Assembly: GCA_020184695.1 (NCBI GenBank)
Contig: JAANOX010000243.1
Location: 310,001 to 374,000 of the forward strand
Origin: Histomonas meleagridis 2922-C6/04-290x
Taxonomy: Eukaryota > Protista > Parabasalia
DNA: 64,000 nt
Reading direction: 5' to 3'
Shown here piece by piece: positions 45,352-56,707 of the stretch. The position numbers and the translations under genes are program-made. The notes below the pieces were generated by a model. That model did no database searches, was not told the origin of the DNA, and saw only the letters and a list, made by a program, of their open reading frames with translations. Positions within the stretch are counted from its first letter, which is position 1. The number at the start of each line of letters is the position of its first letter.

Positions 45352-48300
45352 ATGGATGATGATGAAATCAAAAATCTCTTAACACTTTACAATGATGTCT
45401 CTAGTAACAAATCTGAAAACAACCCAAGTTCAAGAGCATTGTCTGAATTTGGTTCTGGTCTAAATGAAAAAAAAATTAGTGATTATATCAGACAATCTAT
45501 TGCATCTGATTTATCTCCCAATCGTGTTTTACGTGCAATTTTTGAATCTCTTGCAGAATCACAAAACTCTCTAATATCTGAGACAGTATTATGTTCAATT
45601 CGAGCAATTCTTCGGTGGCAATTTCAAACATTAGAATCTGCTCGAGCCTTTACATTAGAACTTACCAAGATAGTACCATTTCTTACACAAGTGTCCACAT
45701 TACGTAAGTCATTTCAACTCATGGATAAAACATTTCAAAAGATTTGTTCATTAAAAGAAGAGAAACCTTCAAAACAATACATATCTGAAGCAGTTCTATC
45801 CATCATTCCACCACTCTTCAATATCTTAAATGAAGAAACCACTGAATTTGAGAACAAAGATGGGGCATTTCCATCTAATGTTCATTGTCAAAGATGGCTC
45901 GACAACATAATCATGTCCAAATTCCCCGACTATGCATTACCATCAATCATTGACACATTAATGGAGTTACCATTAACTGAAACCCAAATCTCAGATTTCA
46001 TTGAATCTATTTTTTCATCCCTTAAAGAGACGAAATTATCGATTGTCGCCGAAAAGATATTACCACCATTACGTAAGTATCCCAAATTATCATTTTCATG
46101 TTTAAACAAATTTATTCTTACAGCGTTAGAATTAGAAAAAGAAAATAATGCTGAAAGTTCCCAATCATTATGTAATTTAATTAAGACATTATTTACAATC
46201 TCTACATCATCACGAACAGTCTTAGATGGCTTTGTAAAGATACTTACATCGCAAATAGGACTTCCGAGTCATTTTACCCCATTTCTAATTGCATTAACAT
46301 TTAACTTATCACGACTTGCGCCTAAAGTTAAAGACACATTTTTAAAGTTCTTTAATGAACAACTTAAAATTGATTCGATTCGAATCCGAAGTAATTTCTT
46401 AACAAGTAATTATTATTTACGGAAAGAGTTTTCATCAATGATATCGATTGAGAAAGCGTTTTCGAAAGCGATTCAATTGTCAAGTTATCATATTGAAAGT
46501 AATGCTCATTATTTTGTAGAGTTTGCATTTATATTAATTGATGAAGCAAATTTCGGAAGTTATTTTAAGAAAGATAATGGAAAAATCAAAGAATGTAATA
46601 GTGACTTTAAACCAATACCATTACGCCAAATACAAATTGGAATTAAAATCCTTAAAAAGTCATTAAAATTATTTCATTCATCATCGAATGAAATCTATAA
46701 TCAAATAGTACAACGATTAATATCTAATTCCACAAATTCTATTTATTTAATACAAATATTAAATTCACCAGAACATTTATTAGAAGTCATTGATTATATG
46801 CAATATTTAGATTTAGATGTGATTGAACAATTAATGAAATTTGCAGTACCGAAGATTATACAAAACGAAGGATTATTCGATAGAGCTATTATTAACTCAC
46901 GAAAAGTATTTTTTAATCGGACAGAGAAAGCAAAATTAAATGGAGTTGCTGCATTATTTTATTTAATATTACCAATTCCAGAGAAAACATTTACACAAAC
47001 ATATGAAGACTTTAATGATAATCAAAGTAATATCAATGAAAATTTACAATTCGAAGTATATTCTGCTTTAATTCGAGGCTTAAATCAATCAGATATAATT
47101 CAAGCGGATATATTATTTTTCATACCATTTTTATTAAAGAATAATCCGAACTTAAGTAATTTAATATGTCAAACATTAACAGAGAAATTGAATGAAGTAT
47201 ATGATCCGAATGATGAAATATTTCCATTAAAAATTCAAGAATCAACACCACATTTAATATATTGTATCTTTAAATGTTTACATAATATAAAACAAAAGAA
47301 TGAAGAATGGAATGATTTAGAATATAAATTAAACAAATTATATAATGAAACATCAGAAATAGATTTTGATAAATTAAAAGAAGATTTAGGTATATTTACT
47401 AAACCAGATGTACGAGAAATAGTAATAAGTATTATATTAGTAATGTTTAATAATGTCTTTTTAGAAGATAAAGATATTGCATTAGCATTATTTCGATTAT
47501 ATGATCGAATTAAATATAAACGATATGAAATCGAAAAGATAAATCATAAAGAAGAGAATAATCAAAAATCGAATTTAAAGTTTCCACATTTTATGGATAC
47601 TCAACGTTTAAAGAAATTATTTCAATTATTTAAAGATAAAAAAGGGGATTATAGTGATGATTATGGTATTCAACTTTATTCATTAAATATAATAAAAGAA
47701 ATGATAATCGAATTAAATGAATTACGATTAGAATTACGTGTACATCGATTTAAATATGTAATAATATTAGGCGAAATATTATTTGATTCTTATGATATAC
47801 AATGGTCAGAACCACCTGCGGGTATTAAGAACAATATATCATTGATAGAAATATTATCCAAATGTTGTTTACAATTAATTAATTTTGTTTTTGAAACTTA
47901 TGATAAAAATAATTTTAAATATTTCTTAGAGAAATCTGGATTAATAAGTAGTAAACAAGAAATTAAAGATTCACAACAAATAATTATTCAACGAATTAAA
48001 CAAAATGTACGTAATAAAACGAATAAAATCATTGGATACTTTTGTGATATCTCTGAAAAGATATCATTATATTGTAGTTATGATTCAAAAAACTTCAAAA
48101 TCATTGATAAAATTACAAAACAATTAATAATGTCTAATTCATTATATGCTGGTAAGTTATTACATTTATCATGTTATTTTGCACCACAAATTGATTTTGA
48201 TTTCTTATTACAATATACAAATTTAATTACATCACGTCTAAGTGATGAACAACCAAATTCTTCATCGACAATGTTACAAGAGATGATAAATATTATTAAT

Positions 48301-48918
48301 AATTATTTGATGAACATAAACATAATGATTAATCATTGGTTACCACAATTAAATGTAATTAAGCAAGAAGATATTTCGGACTTCTCAATGAAGATATGTT
48401 TATATCTTTTACAATTAGAGAAAATATCAAAAGAATTATTAAAAATCGATTTCAAATTATTTCCTCCAAATTATTATGAATTAATGGTAAAGTTCTTAAA
48501 CGAATATTATAAATCAATTAATAAATTACTCGAAATGACAATGGTATTACCAAACTCAACAAACGAAGTGTTAAGTGAATTAATTAAAGAAATTACATCA
48601 ACTTTCGATGATTACGTAATTCGTTTCACAATTAAAAATCAAATGAATGATAAGAAAGTAATGAAAGGAATTTCAAGACAAGAAAAATTCGACGCAAATT
48701 ATGCGCCGAAATTACATTACATCATCGATAAGGTAAGATCAACAACAAAGAATTTGATACATAAGAAATTACTGGATGAAGAACTGTTGGAGACGTACTG
48801 CAGCTTAAAGGGAACGGAAATCAAAATACCAATGAACAATAGGAAGAAAAAGGGAAAAGAAATCGAAGAGGACGAAATGATGGACGAGGAAAGAGACGAA
48901 GAGCAAATTTACTATTGA
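45352..48918 (+). CDS. FANCI: FANCI-like alpha-solenoid protein
   Basis: 1188 aa. Segments FTPFLIALTFNLSRL, IINSRKVFFNRTEKAKLNGVAALFYL, LQFEVYSALIRGLNQ, IQESTPHLIYCIFKCL and the C-terminal PKLHYIIDK...KGTEIKI occur in the same order as remembered FANCI motifs. Confidence 0.68.
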   Translation: MDDDEIKNLLTLYNDVSSNKSENNPSSRALSEFGSGLNEKKISDYIRQSIASDLSPNRVLRAIFESLAESQNSLISETVLCSIRAILRWQFQTLESARAFTLELTKIVPFLTQVSTLRKSFQLMDKTFQKICSLKEEKPSKQYISEAVLSIIPPLFNILNEETTEFENKDGAFPSNVHCQRWLDNIIMSKFPDYALPSIIDTLMELPLTETQISDFIESIFSSLKETKLSIVAEKILPPLRKYPKLSFSCLNKFILTALELEKENNAESSQSLCNLIKTLFTISTSSRTVLDGFVKILTSQIGLPSHFTPFLIALTFNLSRLAPKVKDTFLKFFNEQLKIDSIRIRSNFLTSNYYLRKEFSSMISIEKAFSKAIQLSSYHIESNAHYFVEFAFILIDEANFGSYFKKDNGKIKECNSDFKPIPLRQIQIGIKILKKSLKLFHSSSNEIYNQIVQRLISNSTNSIYLIQILNSPEHLLEVIDYMQYLDLDVIEQLMKFAVPKIIQNEGLFDRAIINSRKVFFNRTEKAKLNGVAALFYLILPIPEKTFTQTYEDFNDNQSNINENLQFEVYSALIRGLNQSDIIQADILFFIPFLLKNNPNLSNLICQTLTEKLNEVYDPNDEIFPLKIQESTPHLIYCIFKCLHNIKQKNEEWNDLEYKLNKLYNETSEIDFDKLKEDLGIFTKPDVREIVISIILVMFNNVFLEDKDIALALFRLYDRIKYKRYEIEKINHKEENNQKSNLKFPHFMDTQRLKKLFQLFKDKKGDYSDDYGIQLYSLNIIKEMIIELNELRLELRVHRFKYVIILGEILFDSYDIQWSEPPAGIKNNISLIEILSKCCLQLINFVFETYDKNNFKYFLEKSGLISSKQEIKDSQQIIIQRIKQNVRNKTNKIIGYFCDISEKISLYCSYDSKNFKIIDKITKQLIMSNSLYAGKLLHLSCYFAPQIDFDFLLQYTNLITSRLSDEQPNSSSTMLQEMINIINNYLMNINIMINHWLPQLNVIKQEDISDFSMKICLYLLQLEKISKELLKIDFKLFPPNYYELMVKFLNEYYKSINKLLEMTMVLPNSTNEVLSELIKEITSTFDDYVIRFTIKNQMNDKKVMKGISRQEKFDANYAPKLHYIIDKVRSTTKNLIHKKLLDEELLETYCSLKGTEIKIPMNNRKKKGKEIEEDEMMDEERDEEQIYY

Positions 48919-49365
48919 ATTGTTGTTAATAAATAATAAAATGTTTGAAGTGAATTTACTATTGTAATGTAATTAATAATTAATAAAATGTTTGAAGTGA
49001 ATTTACTATTGTAATGTAATTAATAATTAATAAAATGTTTGAAGTGAATTTACTATTGTAATGTAATTAATAATTAATAAAATGTTTAAAGTAAATTCAC
49101 TATTGAAGCGTTGTTGACTAATTAATAGAATGTTTGAAGTGAATTTACTATTGTAATGTAATTAATAATTAATAAAATGTTTAAAGTAAATTCACTATTG
49201 AAGCGTTGTTGACTAATTAATAGAATGTTTGAAGTGAATTTGTAATGTAATCAATTTGTGATTCATAAATAATAAAATGTTTTGAATAATTTTACTATCG
49301 TGATGTAAATAATGAATAATAAAATGTTTGAAGTAAATTCGTAATGTATGAATTTGTTATTAATA
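48906..49365. repeat. 47-48-bp minisatellite, about 9-10 degenerate copies, starting at the stop codon of the FANCI-like gene
   Basis: The anchor atgtttgaagt/atgtttaaagt recurs at 48941, 48988, 49035, 49082, 49130, 49177, 49225, 49277 and 49324. Two unit variants alternate. Confidence 0.9.
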
Positions 49366-49975
49366 GATCAAGATTATCTTATTATGATTTCGTTTATATA
49401 TATATTAACACAAAGAACAACTCATAATAATAATAGATAATAATGTTTTCAAATGGTTTTCAGATGAAAATTATCATGCAGATATTTCCAGTTTCAATTT
49501 CATATATTTCAAAAGATTTAAAATAATAATATAATAATACGCGATCGTTTTCATTAAGTACTGTGCGCTCTTACATATCATTTGATGCATTTTTTATTTC
49601 AGTTGAAATTGAAACAGTCACAACGTCAAATCACTTGATCGGTTTTTTGTCAGACAACAAAAGTCAGGTGACAGACTTCACAACAGCAAACAAATGAAAC
49701 AAAATCACACTCAAGCAAAACCAAATGAATTAATTCAATTCGCATTAAAATATTTTTATTGATTTCATCATCACATCAGAGTAAAATTTTAGTGCACATC
49801 CACAGCTACAACAAATTTCAATTTATTTATTTTCCGCTTAAAACTCTGCAATTTGTTATTCATTTTCACACTTCGAATGCTTGACATCAAATTTCGTCGT
49901 CTTACCTCAAAAAGTTCACAACCGCACACAAATTCCCTATCGTTCCCATCAAGCTAAATTTTATATTTCTTCCGA

Positions 49976-51862
49976 ATGATATGTCTCCAAAACGATATTC
50001 CTCCAACGCGTCGTGTCACCCGCACGCCAATCAGCATGTCGCGGAGTGCGGTGCCTTCGTCACCGCGGGTCAAAAAGTCGGCGATTGTCAACAAAACGAA
50101 ACATGTCGTCTGTTTCCTCTGTCTTTTTGACGGGCTTCGTACTCCGTCAATACGTCGCCTTGTCCGCAAACCACAAACAGTTTGTCAAAAGCCATTAATT
50201 TCATTTGATCCATCATATTATTCCCCGTCTTCACAAGAAGCGTTTAACCAATTGTACAGGGAGAAGCTGAACTGCTCGTGTTCGGTTGCAGTCGATCCAT
50301 CGATTGATACCGTACAAAGTCTATTAAAGACATATGCAACGTCGAAACCATACGAGCGACTTCTCATCCATTACTATGGCCAAGGGTCGCACATCCCATC
50401 AACAGATGGCAGTGTTTATTTTTTTTCCAATGATCGATCTCGATATAAGATCATCAAATTATTTAATCTCATTAATTTATGTGAATGTCCTTTATGTTTT
50501 ATCTTCGATTGTTCTTCGTCAGGTTCATTATTACCATTTATTTCTACAGTGAAGAAAGATATATTTGCATTTTTCTCATGTAATGGTGGAGAAGAATTAC
50601 CGCTATCGACGAACACTCCAATTGATTTGTTCTCTTCGTGTCTTTTGAATCATTATGATACAGCGATTTGGTGGTATAAGATATCACATTCGTCAATTTC
50701 GGAAAATTTCGATAATGACAATAATATACCGAAAGAATTTCTTTCTTCTTTTTTAGATTCGATACTTGATGCGATTGCATTTGAGACGCAGCCATTAAAT
50801 GTTTATGAGTCATATATTGTTGATCCGACAATAGCATTTTTGTTTCGTAATTTTATCTTAGCGCAAAGGATTATGAATTCGTTTAATAACCATTGCATTG
50901 CGTATCCCGAAATTAAGTCGACAATTAATCATTTGTTTTGGGGGATTTGGGACTTAGCAATTGATTTTTGTTTAGCGTTACCATTAAATATTGCGTCGAA
51001 GAATTTATTTGATTTATGTATGGAAACTTTTAAATCTTTTCCTTCGCCCGGCGTATTTTCGATATATTCTTTTTTTATTAATACGAATCAATTTAAAGAA
51101 GAAGCTGCCGAAAATTTGTTGTGTTTCTTGGATAATAATATTAATGATGAGAAACTTTTAAATGATGCATTAAAGTCTTCTTTGCCAAAATATTTAATAC
51201 AAATGGATAAACCAAATGAAAAATGTCTTTTGATACTTGCGAAGTTAATTGTTCGTGATATAAATTCTCCAATTGCCGCAAAGTTTCCCGTCGGATTTTA
51301 TTTCTCGAAGAAAATTAATATATTGATGAGTGGTATGTTAAATTTATGTTTAATATTTAATTCAAGTTATACTTCTTCATTTAATCAGTTGGCACAAACA
51401 TGTAAAGATAAAGCAATAGAATGCGCTCCTTTATCAGAAATATTATTCGCATTGTTGATAGAAAAAGGCGGAGATATGTTACGAATGCAAGGATATTTAA
51501 ATACATTTTTACCTTTGTTAAATAATAATAGAAATGATATTAGAGCTTCAACTGTTTTCTTATTAGGAATTTCAAAGAATTATAATGTGCTAAATGATAT
51601 ATTAAATATGATAAATGATGAATCTCCTTTAGTGAGAGAACAAGTTCTTTATGCAATTTATAATTTCGGTATATCAAATAAAACTGAAATGGTTTTGGAT
51701 AAATTGTTAAATGATAATGAAGAGTTCATTAGGAAAATTGCTTTGGATGTGAAAAATGGAAAAAAGAATATGATTAACCCTTTGATCGGTTATTTAATAG
51801 ATTCTGTTAAAAAACCTGGCTTCATGAAAAGATATCGTAATGGTTTGTTTGATGTAAATTAA
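49976..51862 (+). CDS. Raptor-like protein (Raptor N-terminal domain plus HEAT repeats, no WD40)
   Basis: KHVVCFLCL, ERLLIHYYGQG, FIFDCSSSG, FFSCNGGEELP..P.DLFSSCL, DPTIAFLFRNFILAQRIM, and HLFWGIWDLAID follow Raptor/Kog1. Ends at 628 aa. Confidence 0.82.
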   Translation: MICLQNDIPPTRRVTRTPISMSRSAVPSSPRVKKSAIVNKTKHVVCFLCLFDGLRTPSIRRLVRKPQTVCQKPLISFDPSYYSPSSQEAFNQLYREKLNCSCSVAVDPSIDTVQSLLKTYATSKPYERLLIHYYGQGSHIPSTDGSVYFFSNDRSRYKIIKLFNLINLCECPLCFIFDCSSSGSLLPFISTVKKDIFAFFSCNGGEELPLSTNTPIDLFSSCLLNHYDTAIWWYKISHSSISENFDNDNNIPKEFLSSFLDSILDAIAFETQPLNVYESYIVDPTIAFLFRNFILAQRIMNSFNNHCIAYPEIKSTINHLFWGIWDLAIDFCLALPLNIASKNLFDLCMETFKSFPSPGVFSIYSFFINTNQFKEEAAENLLCFLDNNINDEKLLNDALKSSLPKYLIQMDKPNEKCLLILAKLIVRDINSPIAAKFPVGFYFSKKINILMSGMLNLCLIFNSSYTSSFNQLAQTCKDKAIECAPLSEILFALLIEKGGDMLRMQGYLNTFLPLLNNNRNDIRASTVFLLGISKNYNVLNDILNMINDESPLVREQVLYAIYNFGISNKTEMVLDKLLNDNEEFIRKIALDVKNGKKNMINPLIGYLIDSVKKPGFMKRYRNGLFDVN

Positions 51863-51984
51863 ATAAAAAAAATTATTTTGTTTGAGAAATTATAAAAAAT
51901 TTTTTTTCCTTTTTGACCGTTAATAACCGTTGGCAAAAAGTGGCTGTAAATTTTGACGGTTTTCCGGTTGCTTTAACTAATATA

Positions 51985-52869
51985 ATGTACTGTGGAATTG
52001 ACGCGTCTCATTTTAAAGAAGTAAATGGTATCGCTGTTGTACTTTCCGCCGCTGAAATGCTGAAAGGAAGCTTCCCAAATATGCAAGGTACATTCCTTCA
52101 TTATGCTGCAGAACTTATAAAAAAAGTTATACCAAACGCAGAATCAATGCCAGAAAAATCCGTCGATATGATGACCTTGAATGCAATGGCTGATGGCGCT
52201 GCTTGCGCTTCAGTAGAAGAACTTGAAAAATTTGGCGATGCTTTAGTATCAGCTGCTCTTACAAACGCATCTTTGGCTGGCGAACTTAAAAGAGTTGCTT
52301 ACGTTGCTTATGCTGCTACATCCCTTCATGGCCCAATATCTCCTGTTATCCAAAATAAAATGCAATCAATAGAAGGTGGACTTCTTTCTTATAGCCCTCC
52401 AACAACTTCAGCGCCATCAGCAGGAGGACCACCAGTCTTTACCCCAGGTTCTAATGCCGGAGGTCCACCAGTATTTACTCCAGGATCTTCAAAGGCAAGT
52501 GGACCACCTGTTTTCACGCCAGGATCTAATGCACAAGGCCCACCTGTATTCACACCAGATTCTAATGCTGGAGGTCCACCAGTATTTACTCCAGGATCTT
52601 CAAAGGCAAGTGGACCACCTGTTTTCACACCACAAAATACACCACCTGATCCTGTTAAAACTCAACCACCACCTTCATCACCTTCATATCCAGAAATAAC
52701 GGCAAGTATGAGATATGATCCAAATTCTGAAAATAAGAAACAAGATCAAAGTTCAGTTTTGGATCTCGTGAAACTTGCAAATGATGCATTTGAAAATGAT
52801 GTGTATGAAGTGGCATTCACTGCTTTGCTTGCAAGTGTTGAAGAACTCAAGAAAATGACTAAAAAGTAA
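51985..52869 (+). CDS. Vta1-like ESCRT cofactor with a proline-rich repeat linker
   Basis: Helical N-terminal domain, Pro/Gly-rich linker, and a C-terminal VSL-like segment VLDLVKLANDAFENDVYEVAFTALLASVEEL. First ATG at 51985. Confidence 0.55.
   Translation: MYCGIDASHFKEVNGIAVVLSAAEMLKGSFPNMQGTFLHYAAELIKKVIPNAESMPEKSVDMMTLNAMADGAACASVEELEKFGDALVSAALTNASLAGELKRVAYVAYAATSLHGPISPVIQNKMQSIEGGLLSYSPPTTSAPSAGGPPVFTPGSNAGGPPVFTPGSSKASGPPVFTPGSNAQGPPVFTPDSNAGGPPVFTPGSSKASGPPVFTPQNTPPDPVKTQPPPSSPSYPEITASMRYDPNSENKKQDQSSVLDLVKLANDAFENDVYEVAFTALLASVEELKKMTKK
52420..52632 (+). repeat. Coding tandem repeat, 6 x GPPVFTP (12-13 aa units)
   Basis: AGGPPVFTPGSN, AGGPPVFTPGSSK, ASGPPVFTPGSN, AQGPPVFTPDSN, AGGPPVFTPGSSK, ASGPPVFTP. 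Confidence 0.92.
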
Positions 52870-53376
52870 TTTAAACATCAAAATGCACTTTTTAACAAAA
52901 TGCGTTGTCACTTTTCAATACGTTCGTATAAAACAAAATCCAAATTTAAAAATTATTATTAATTGTACTTCCATCAACATGTTTATTTGGGTGAATAAAT
53001 AATTTCATGTTTTCGCCTGAATTATTGTTTGGGGTATATGCACTTTTCCCCATTCCTAAAATTAAATTAATAAATAACACACAGGTATCAAAATTATTAT
53101 AAAAATAATTTTAACTGGGTGCGAAATTATGAAATAAAATTGTTTCTCTGTTAGAAATTATATAATATTTTTAATAGGTACTTTTTTATTAAAATAAAAA
53201 CATACACAATATTTTTGATAAAATAATATTAATAAGTGCATTTTTCCTCAATATTTGCACCATTCATAATCACAAATTATCATTGTTAAACACTTTTTTT
53301 TGCTGAAGTTTAAATGATTTTGATAATATTATTATAAATATTCAAATACAAAAAAAAAATTATATTAAACATAAAT

Positions 53377-56300
53377 TTATTGAATTGATTGATATATTTT
53401 ATCTCTTAAATCCATTTGTGTATCTTCATCAGATTCATAAAATTGATCTTTTGTTATTCCGCAAATTCTTTCAAACATTTCATCGCCTATAAACACTTCA
53501 GGGAATTTTGGCTTTGGGTTTAATTTCTTTAAGTCGAATTTCTTTAAATCCAAATTTATAAAACTTGATTCCAATTCTAATTCCGAATGAGTCTTAAACA
53601 ATTCAATTTTTTCATAAGTTTCGCATTGAATACGTTTATCCACTTTTTCATGGCTTAACTCCAAAAGTGGCACTCCTTTACATAACATGTACAAAAATGA
53701 ACGAATTTTTTCATCGTAATTAAAAACTCCAATTAATTCATGAATAATATTTGCGTTTTCTATTGTGGCTATTTCTTTTGGGTTACTTTTATATTTTTCG
53801 ATTAATTCATTTTTAATATTTTTATTTAGTAAAGGATTTAATAATGCTGAAACTTTATTACCGAATTCATTTAAATTTTGAATTTCGATTTTTAAAGTTT
53901 TATTTTTCTTTAATTTATTAAAGAAAATCGAAATATTTTTAGGTACAATTGAATTAAATTTACCAAACTTAAATATATCAAATCCATTATTTCGTAATAT
54001 GTCCATAATTTTCGTGTTCGTTTTTATCATTGTTAAACATTGTAATAAAGTACCTTTTAATATGAATGATGACGTTGAGTTTGCAACTTCGATTAATTTC
54101 TCAACAATTTTTAATTCGATACATTTATCTAAAGTAATATCAGAAGAAGCGAAATGTGCAAGTGCTAAAAACACACTTCTTTTCTCAGTGATTGAAGAAG
54201 ATTGTAACTTATTTAAAACAGTTGGTAAAAATGGATATAACTTTTCAGCGCCGACTTTCGTTTTAACTAATTCACCAAATAAATGTGGCGGAATTCGTGG
54301 ATGACCATTTTCTTTTAGTATCGAAGGTTGTGACATTATATATTCGTCATTATTTAATTCTTCGAATGCTATTTTTATAGCAGTATCAAAAGTATTCAAG
54401 TATTCGATGTTACAATTATTGATCCAATATTTAATTTCTTCATCGACATTTAATTTAGGTAAAAGTTCTTCATTTGAAAATAATAAACTATATATAATTC
54501 TTGAATTCTGATATAAAAAGGTTTTAATTAAATCTTCTTTAGCAATTAATTTAATTAATTGTGGTTGATTAGCCATAAAATCACAAAACATATTTAAAGT
54601 ATAATTAATTTGTGTTGGCTTTTGTTCAATAGATAACATATATCGATATAAAAATAACTTAAAGCGTTCATTAGAGAACTCTAAAGCTTTAAGGAATTTA
54701 ACTCGAAATTCTTTATGTGCACATAAAAACATTTGTTCATTTGTCGTGCTTAAAAACTTCGAGAATATTCCAAAGGTTACTGTAGGCTCAGGTGAAAAAC
54801 TTAAATAAGAAAACATTTTTTGCGCATTTGATAATTCTGTTATCGAATTACTTAAGTTTAATATTTGTTCCATCATTCCTAATTCACTTAATACTTCAGT
54901 GCCTTTAACATCAGCTATAATTAATGATAACGCATGGAAAAATGACCAAATTTGTGAGTTATCATCAATGATATTGTTCTTACGGATTGATGTTAATACA
55001 TATGTCGTCGCATTCTTCATTTGTGTCGATGATCCTAATAATGAAACTCCCCATTTAACATCTAATAAGAATCGTATTAAACTTAATAAACAATTTGACG
55101 TCTTACTTTTCATTTGGATTTCTTTTAATTGGAAAAAAGTTGTCGAAAAATAATCTAAAAGTCGAATTATAAAATGTTTCGTTTGTGAATTAAGTTCATC
55201 AATATTATTATGTGGTAAAACAGATGTTAAAAGTAATTGAATAGTATCCCAATCAAGTTGTGAATCATCTGTTGATGCATTAATGCTTTGGATAAAATTA
55301 TTCGGTAAACTTGGTGATGATAATGAATTATATATATCATAAATAATAGATGTGGTACTTTCAGAATTTGTAGATATGGTTGACTTATAGATATGATCGG
55401 GATTAAAATGATTAGAATATGACATAAACTCATCTAAATGTTTGGAAAACATAGGCTGTTCTTTGGTGATTTCATTTAACTGAAAAATAAACCCTTTCTC
55501 AAAAAGTTGATTGAGGAGGAGACCGTTAAATGGAATCAAAATGGAATTTTGCGTTGCTGGAGGCTTAAACAAGCCTTTGATGATGTTGATTACATTTGTT
55601 GTCTCACGAAAAAGACATTTAACAAGATCATCTAATGCACCCATATGAATACCAAAATATAATAACCCTGGCCATGTACGTAGAAGTTTGGTAATTATTG
55701 CAACACTGGGAAGAATTGACGTAGTGTCATTGCGTATATGTGAAAGAGGTGAAAGAAGTTTTCCAAGAAATTGTTTTTGTCGAACAATGCATAATTGCTT
55801 CTCAAAACAATATCCAATAAAATCAATAAGAAATGAGTTGCTTGAATCAGTTAATGCATCAACAACAATTGTCGAAATTTCAGGAACATCATCCATATTA
55901 TGACAATGAACAATGGCTTCACACAAATAGCTTAAAACCAATGGCTTGTATGGGTGCTTTGGTGTTGTGTAAAGAGAGATTAGTGCTCGTATTATTGAAA
56001 TTGGTAATATTCTTCTGTATTTTATAAGAACTGAAACACAGCGAAATGCAGCAACCTTTTCTTCATCAACCTTTTGAATAACATCTTGCGTTTTTTGGTC
56101 GATAGCTTGAGCAATTAACTTATCAAAATTGTATTTGCAAATAATTGAATTATCTGAATTTAATTCTATATTGCATATAATACGGAGAACAGATCCTCTT
56201 ATTTGAGGATTCGGAGATACATAAATATTATGAAGAATTGATGCACAATATTGGTATGGAAATCCAGAGTAATCAATGTTATCAGAGTCATCTTCAAGAA

Positions 56301-56385
56301 TAGTAAGAACTGATTTAATCAGGTTCGTGTTATTAACCCTGTCACAAACCTCTTTTAGAGCTATTGAAAATGGTTCTTTCACCAT
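53377..56385 (-). CDS. RICTOR: Rictor/Avo3-like TORC2 subunit
   Basis: EEKVAAFR, LLRTWPGLLYF, PPHLFGELVKTKVG, KRSVFLALAHFASS and LKGTLLQCL correspond in order to conserved Rictor motifs. 1002 aa. Confidence 0.78.
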   Translation of the reverse strand: MVKEPFSIALKEVCDRVNNTNLIKSVLTILEDDSDNIDYSGFPYQYCASILHNIYVSPNPQIRGSVLRIICNIELNSDNSIICKYNFDKLIAQAIDQKTQDVIQKVDEEKVAAFRCVSVLIKYRRILPISIIRALISLYTTPKHPYKPLVLSYLCEAIVHCHNMDDVPEISTIVVDALTDSSNSFLIDFIGYCFEKQLCIVRQKQFLGKLLSPLSHIRNDTTSILPSVAIITKLLRTWPGLLYFGIHMGALDDLVKCLFRETTNVINIIKGLFKPPATQNSILIPFNGLLLNQLFEKGFIFQLNEITKEQPMFSKHLDEFMSYSNHFNPDHIYKSTISTNSESTTSIIYDIYNSLSSPSLPNNFIQSINASTDDSQLDWDTIQLLLTSVLPHNNIDELNSQTKHFIIRLLDYFSTTFFQLKEIQMKSKTSNCLLSLIRFLLDVKWGVSLLGSSTQMKNATTYVLTSIRKNNIIDDNSQIWSFFHALSLIIADVKGTEVLSELGMMEQILNLSNSITELSNAQKMFSYLSFSPEPTVTFGIFSKFLSTTNEQMFLCAHKEFRVKFLKALEFSNERFKLFLYRYMLSIEQKPTQINYTLNMFCDFMANQPQLIKLIAKEDLIKTFLYQNSRIIYSLLFSNEELLPKLNVDEEIKYWINNCNIEYLNTFDTAIKIAFEELNNDEYIMSQPSILKENGHPRIPPHLFGELVKTKVGAEKLYPFLPTVLNKLQSSSITEKRSVFLALAHFASSDITLDKCIELKIVEKLIEVANSTSSFILKGTLLQCLTMIKTNTKIMDILRNNGFDIFKFGKFNSIVPKNISIFFNKLKKNKTLKIEIQNLNEFGNKVSALLNPLLNKNIKNELIEKYKSNPKEIATIENANIIHELIGVFNYDEKIRSFLYMLCKGVPLLELSHEKVDKRIQCETYEKIELFKTHSELELESSFINLDLKKFDLKKLNPKPKFPEVFIGDEMFERICGITKDQFYESDEDTQMDLRDKIYQSIQ

Positions 56386-56707
56386 TTTTTTGTCGAAAAC
56401 CGTTAATTCTTTTTAGCATTCGTCAAAAAGTGGCATTTTAAAATTTTATCAAAATTCAAAAGATTGAATTAAATATGATTGATTACAATGAAAATAAACG
56501 AATAATTTGTAATGATCTAATTTCTCCTATGTCTATTATGATCTATTAAAAATAGCATTATCTATAGTAAGTCACTAAGCTCACAAAATTTTGGCTCTTA
56601 ATCCTAAATTAAGCCTCAACAGAGACTAAAAATGATGGATATTAACAAGCAAACTCAATTCACGTTAATTTTCATGCTAAGTGATATTAGCTTTACCTTT
56701 TTAATTA

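Noticed and set aside
21603-48918. HUS1-like and FANCI-like genes as a DNA-repair cluster
   Set aside because: They are 23 kb apart with unrelated genes between them; co-occurrence is plausibly chance.
48906-49365. 47-bp array as CRISPR
   Set aside because: Head-to-tail units with no unique spacers.
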